This document shows positions 15,966 to 16,669 of a stretch of 16,669 bases of DNA, piece by piece; positions within the stretch are counted from its first letter, which is position 1; every line of letters starts with the position of its first letter. The translations under genes were made by a program, and so were the position numbers. The notes beneath the pieces were generated by a model that was not told the origin of the DNA, ran no database searches, and saw only the letters and a list, made by a program, of their open reading frames with translations. Location of the stretch: positions 1 to 16,669 of the forward strand of contig CALBRH010000021.1 in the NCBI GenBank assembly GCA_937899865.1, in the 5' to 3' direction. The stretch comes from an uncultured euryarchaeote (lineage in GTDB: Archaea > Thermoplasmatota > Poseidoniia > Poseidoniales > Poseidoniaceae).

Positions 15966-16565
15966 ATTGCCATCACTACAACTTATCATTAATTTTTCAG
16001 CAACTGCTACATTGTGTAATCCGATAGAACTTGGAGTTAAATCAGCGTCATTAATTTCCCACTTGCCGCCCGATAAATTTACTCCAGAACTTTGTCCAAT
16101 ACTGAATACTGAAAACTCTTTTTCTAATTCTATAGAACGATTCATAGGATTTGATTTATTGACCGGTACTACTATACAATCATCAAGATGCAGTGTAGTG
16201 TAAACTTGACATTCGAACAAGGAAAAATAGTTGGCAAATTGATGGTCTGAACGTCCTCCATCCACACCAATAATTTCGATAGATTGCGGAGATAAGCTTT
16301 GAGCAAACAAGATTGCTTTACTTAGGTCATTGTTTTGCTGATCTAATATTTTGAAAACTTCAGTGTTTTTAGTTTTGGCATATTGTAATGTTTCTTCATC
16401 AATACTATCCATGTCTCCAATCAAAAAATCAACTGTAATGTTGCTTTCTATACAATTTTTCATGGCCCCATCACAAGCGATAATTAAATCTGATTTTCCA
16501 ATTAATTTAGACCATTTTGTTAAGTCTTCAAGTCGAGCATTACCAATAATCAATATCTTCGACAT
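15942..16565 (-). CDS. thiN: Thiamine pyrophosphokinase (thiamine diphosphokinase), bacterial ThiN type (207 aa)
   Basis: IIACDGA, LIGDMDSI, DQQNNDLSKA, GVDGGRSDHQFAN and C-terminal FSVF...GVNLSGGKWEI...SSIGLHN match TPK motifs (aaDgG, GDxDS, GGRxDH). The symbol is used in the bacterial sense, not for archaeal thiamine-phosphate synthase ThiN. Confidence 0.95.
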   Translation of the reverse strand: MSKILIIGNARLEDLTKWSKLIGKSDLIIACDGAMKNCIESNITVDFLIGDMDSIDEETLQYAKTKNTEVFKILDQQNNDLSKAILFAQSLSPQSIEIIGVDGGRSDHQFANYFSLFECQVYTTLHLDDCIVVPVNKSNPMNRSIELEKEFSVFSIGQSSGVNLSGGKWEINDADLTPSSIGLHNVAVAEKLMISCSDGNLLVFVNR

Positions 16566-16616
16566 GATATCTGGAAAAGGTCTAGGTTTGTCAATAATAC
16601 TACTAAATCTTCAGTT

Positions 16617-16635
16617 TGACCCCCATAGGGGGTCA
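16617..16635. repeat. GC-rich perfect inverted repeat upstream of thiN
   Basis: TGACCCCC-ATA-GGGGGTCA (8-bp arms). CATAGGG occurs twice with a 10-bp period (16624, 16634). Function is unknown. Confidence 0.7.
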
Positions 16636-16669
16636 TAGGGATATTTTAGACAATAGTTTTCAACCATCA

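Noticed and set aside
14595-16638. ORFs 14595..15023 (-), 15692..15886 (-), 15895..16203 (+), 16351..16638 (+)
   Set aside because: They are antisense shadows of well-supported CDSs (Ig-like protein, DUF4105, thiN).
16566-16640. Possible TPP riboswitch upstream of thiN (GGGGGTC...CTGAAGA...AAACCTAGA on the minus strand)
   Set aside because: The resemblance is superficial. The conserved CTGAGA is interrupted, the ACCC, GAACCTGAT and TAAT...AGGGA elements are missing, and there is too little room before the ATG. An Infernal search with the Rfam TPP model would settle it.

Overview
A densely coding, AT-rich archaeal chromosomal window. It is most consistent with Marine Group II Euryarchaeota (Ca. 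Poseidoniales); this is an inference from archaeal GGTGA-type ribosome-binding sites, an archaeal TATA box, HTH-less Lrp/RAM proteins, a thrombospondin-3-like surface protein and bacterial-type uvrC. Gene order: uvrC (minus, runs off the left edge, missed by the ORF track); a divergent winged-helix/STAND NTPase/helical-sensor protein; two tandem stand-alone Lrp/AsnC ligand-binding (RAM) proteins; a ~1,590-aa membrane-anchored beta-helix plus Ig/PKD surface protein; divergent GT2 (dolichol-phosphate sugar synthase-like) and GT4 glycosyltransferases; a small zinc-ribbon membrane protein; a coupled three-gene run (PPC-like/TSP3-repeat surface protein, Ig-like surface protein with a Trp-rich cytoplasmic tail, DUF4105 Cys-His enzyme); and thiamine pyrophosphokinase. 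I found no tRNA, rRNA, CRISPR array, transposase or integrase. The most notable observations are: a UvrC lacking the four-Cys [4Fe-4S] segment; a possible STAND plus RAM-pair sensing module whose upstream region shares motifs with that of the surface-protein operon; a DUF4105 enzyme coupled to surface proteins; and a palindrome in five of the six intergenic gaps. All family calls come from motif recognition by eye; no database searches were run.
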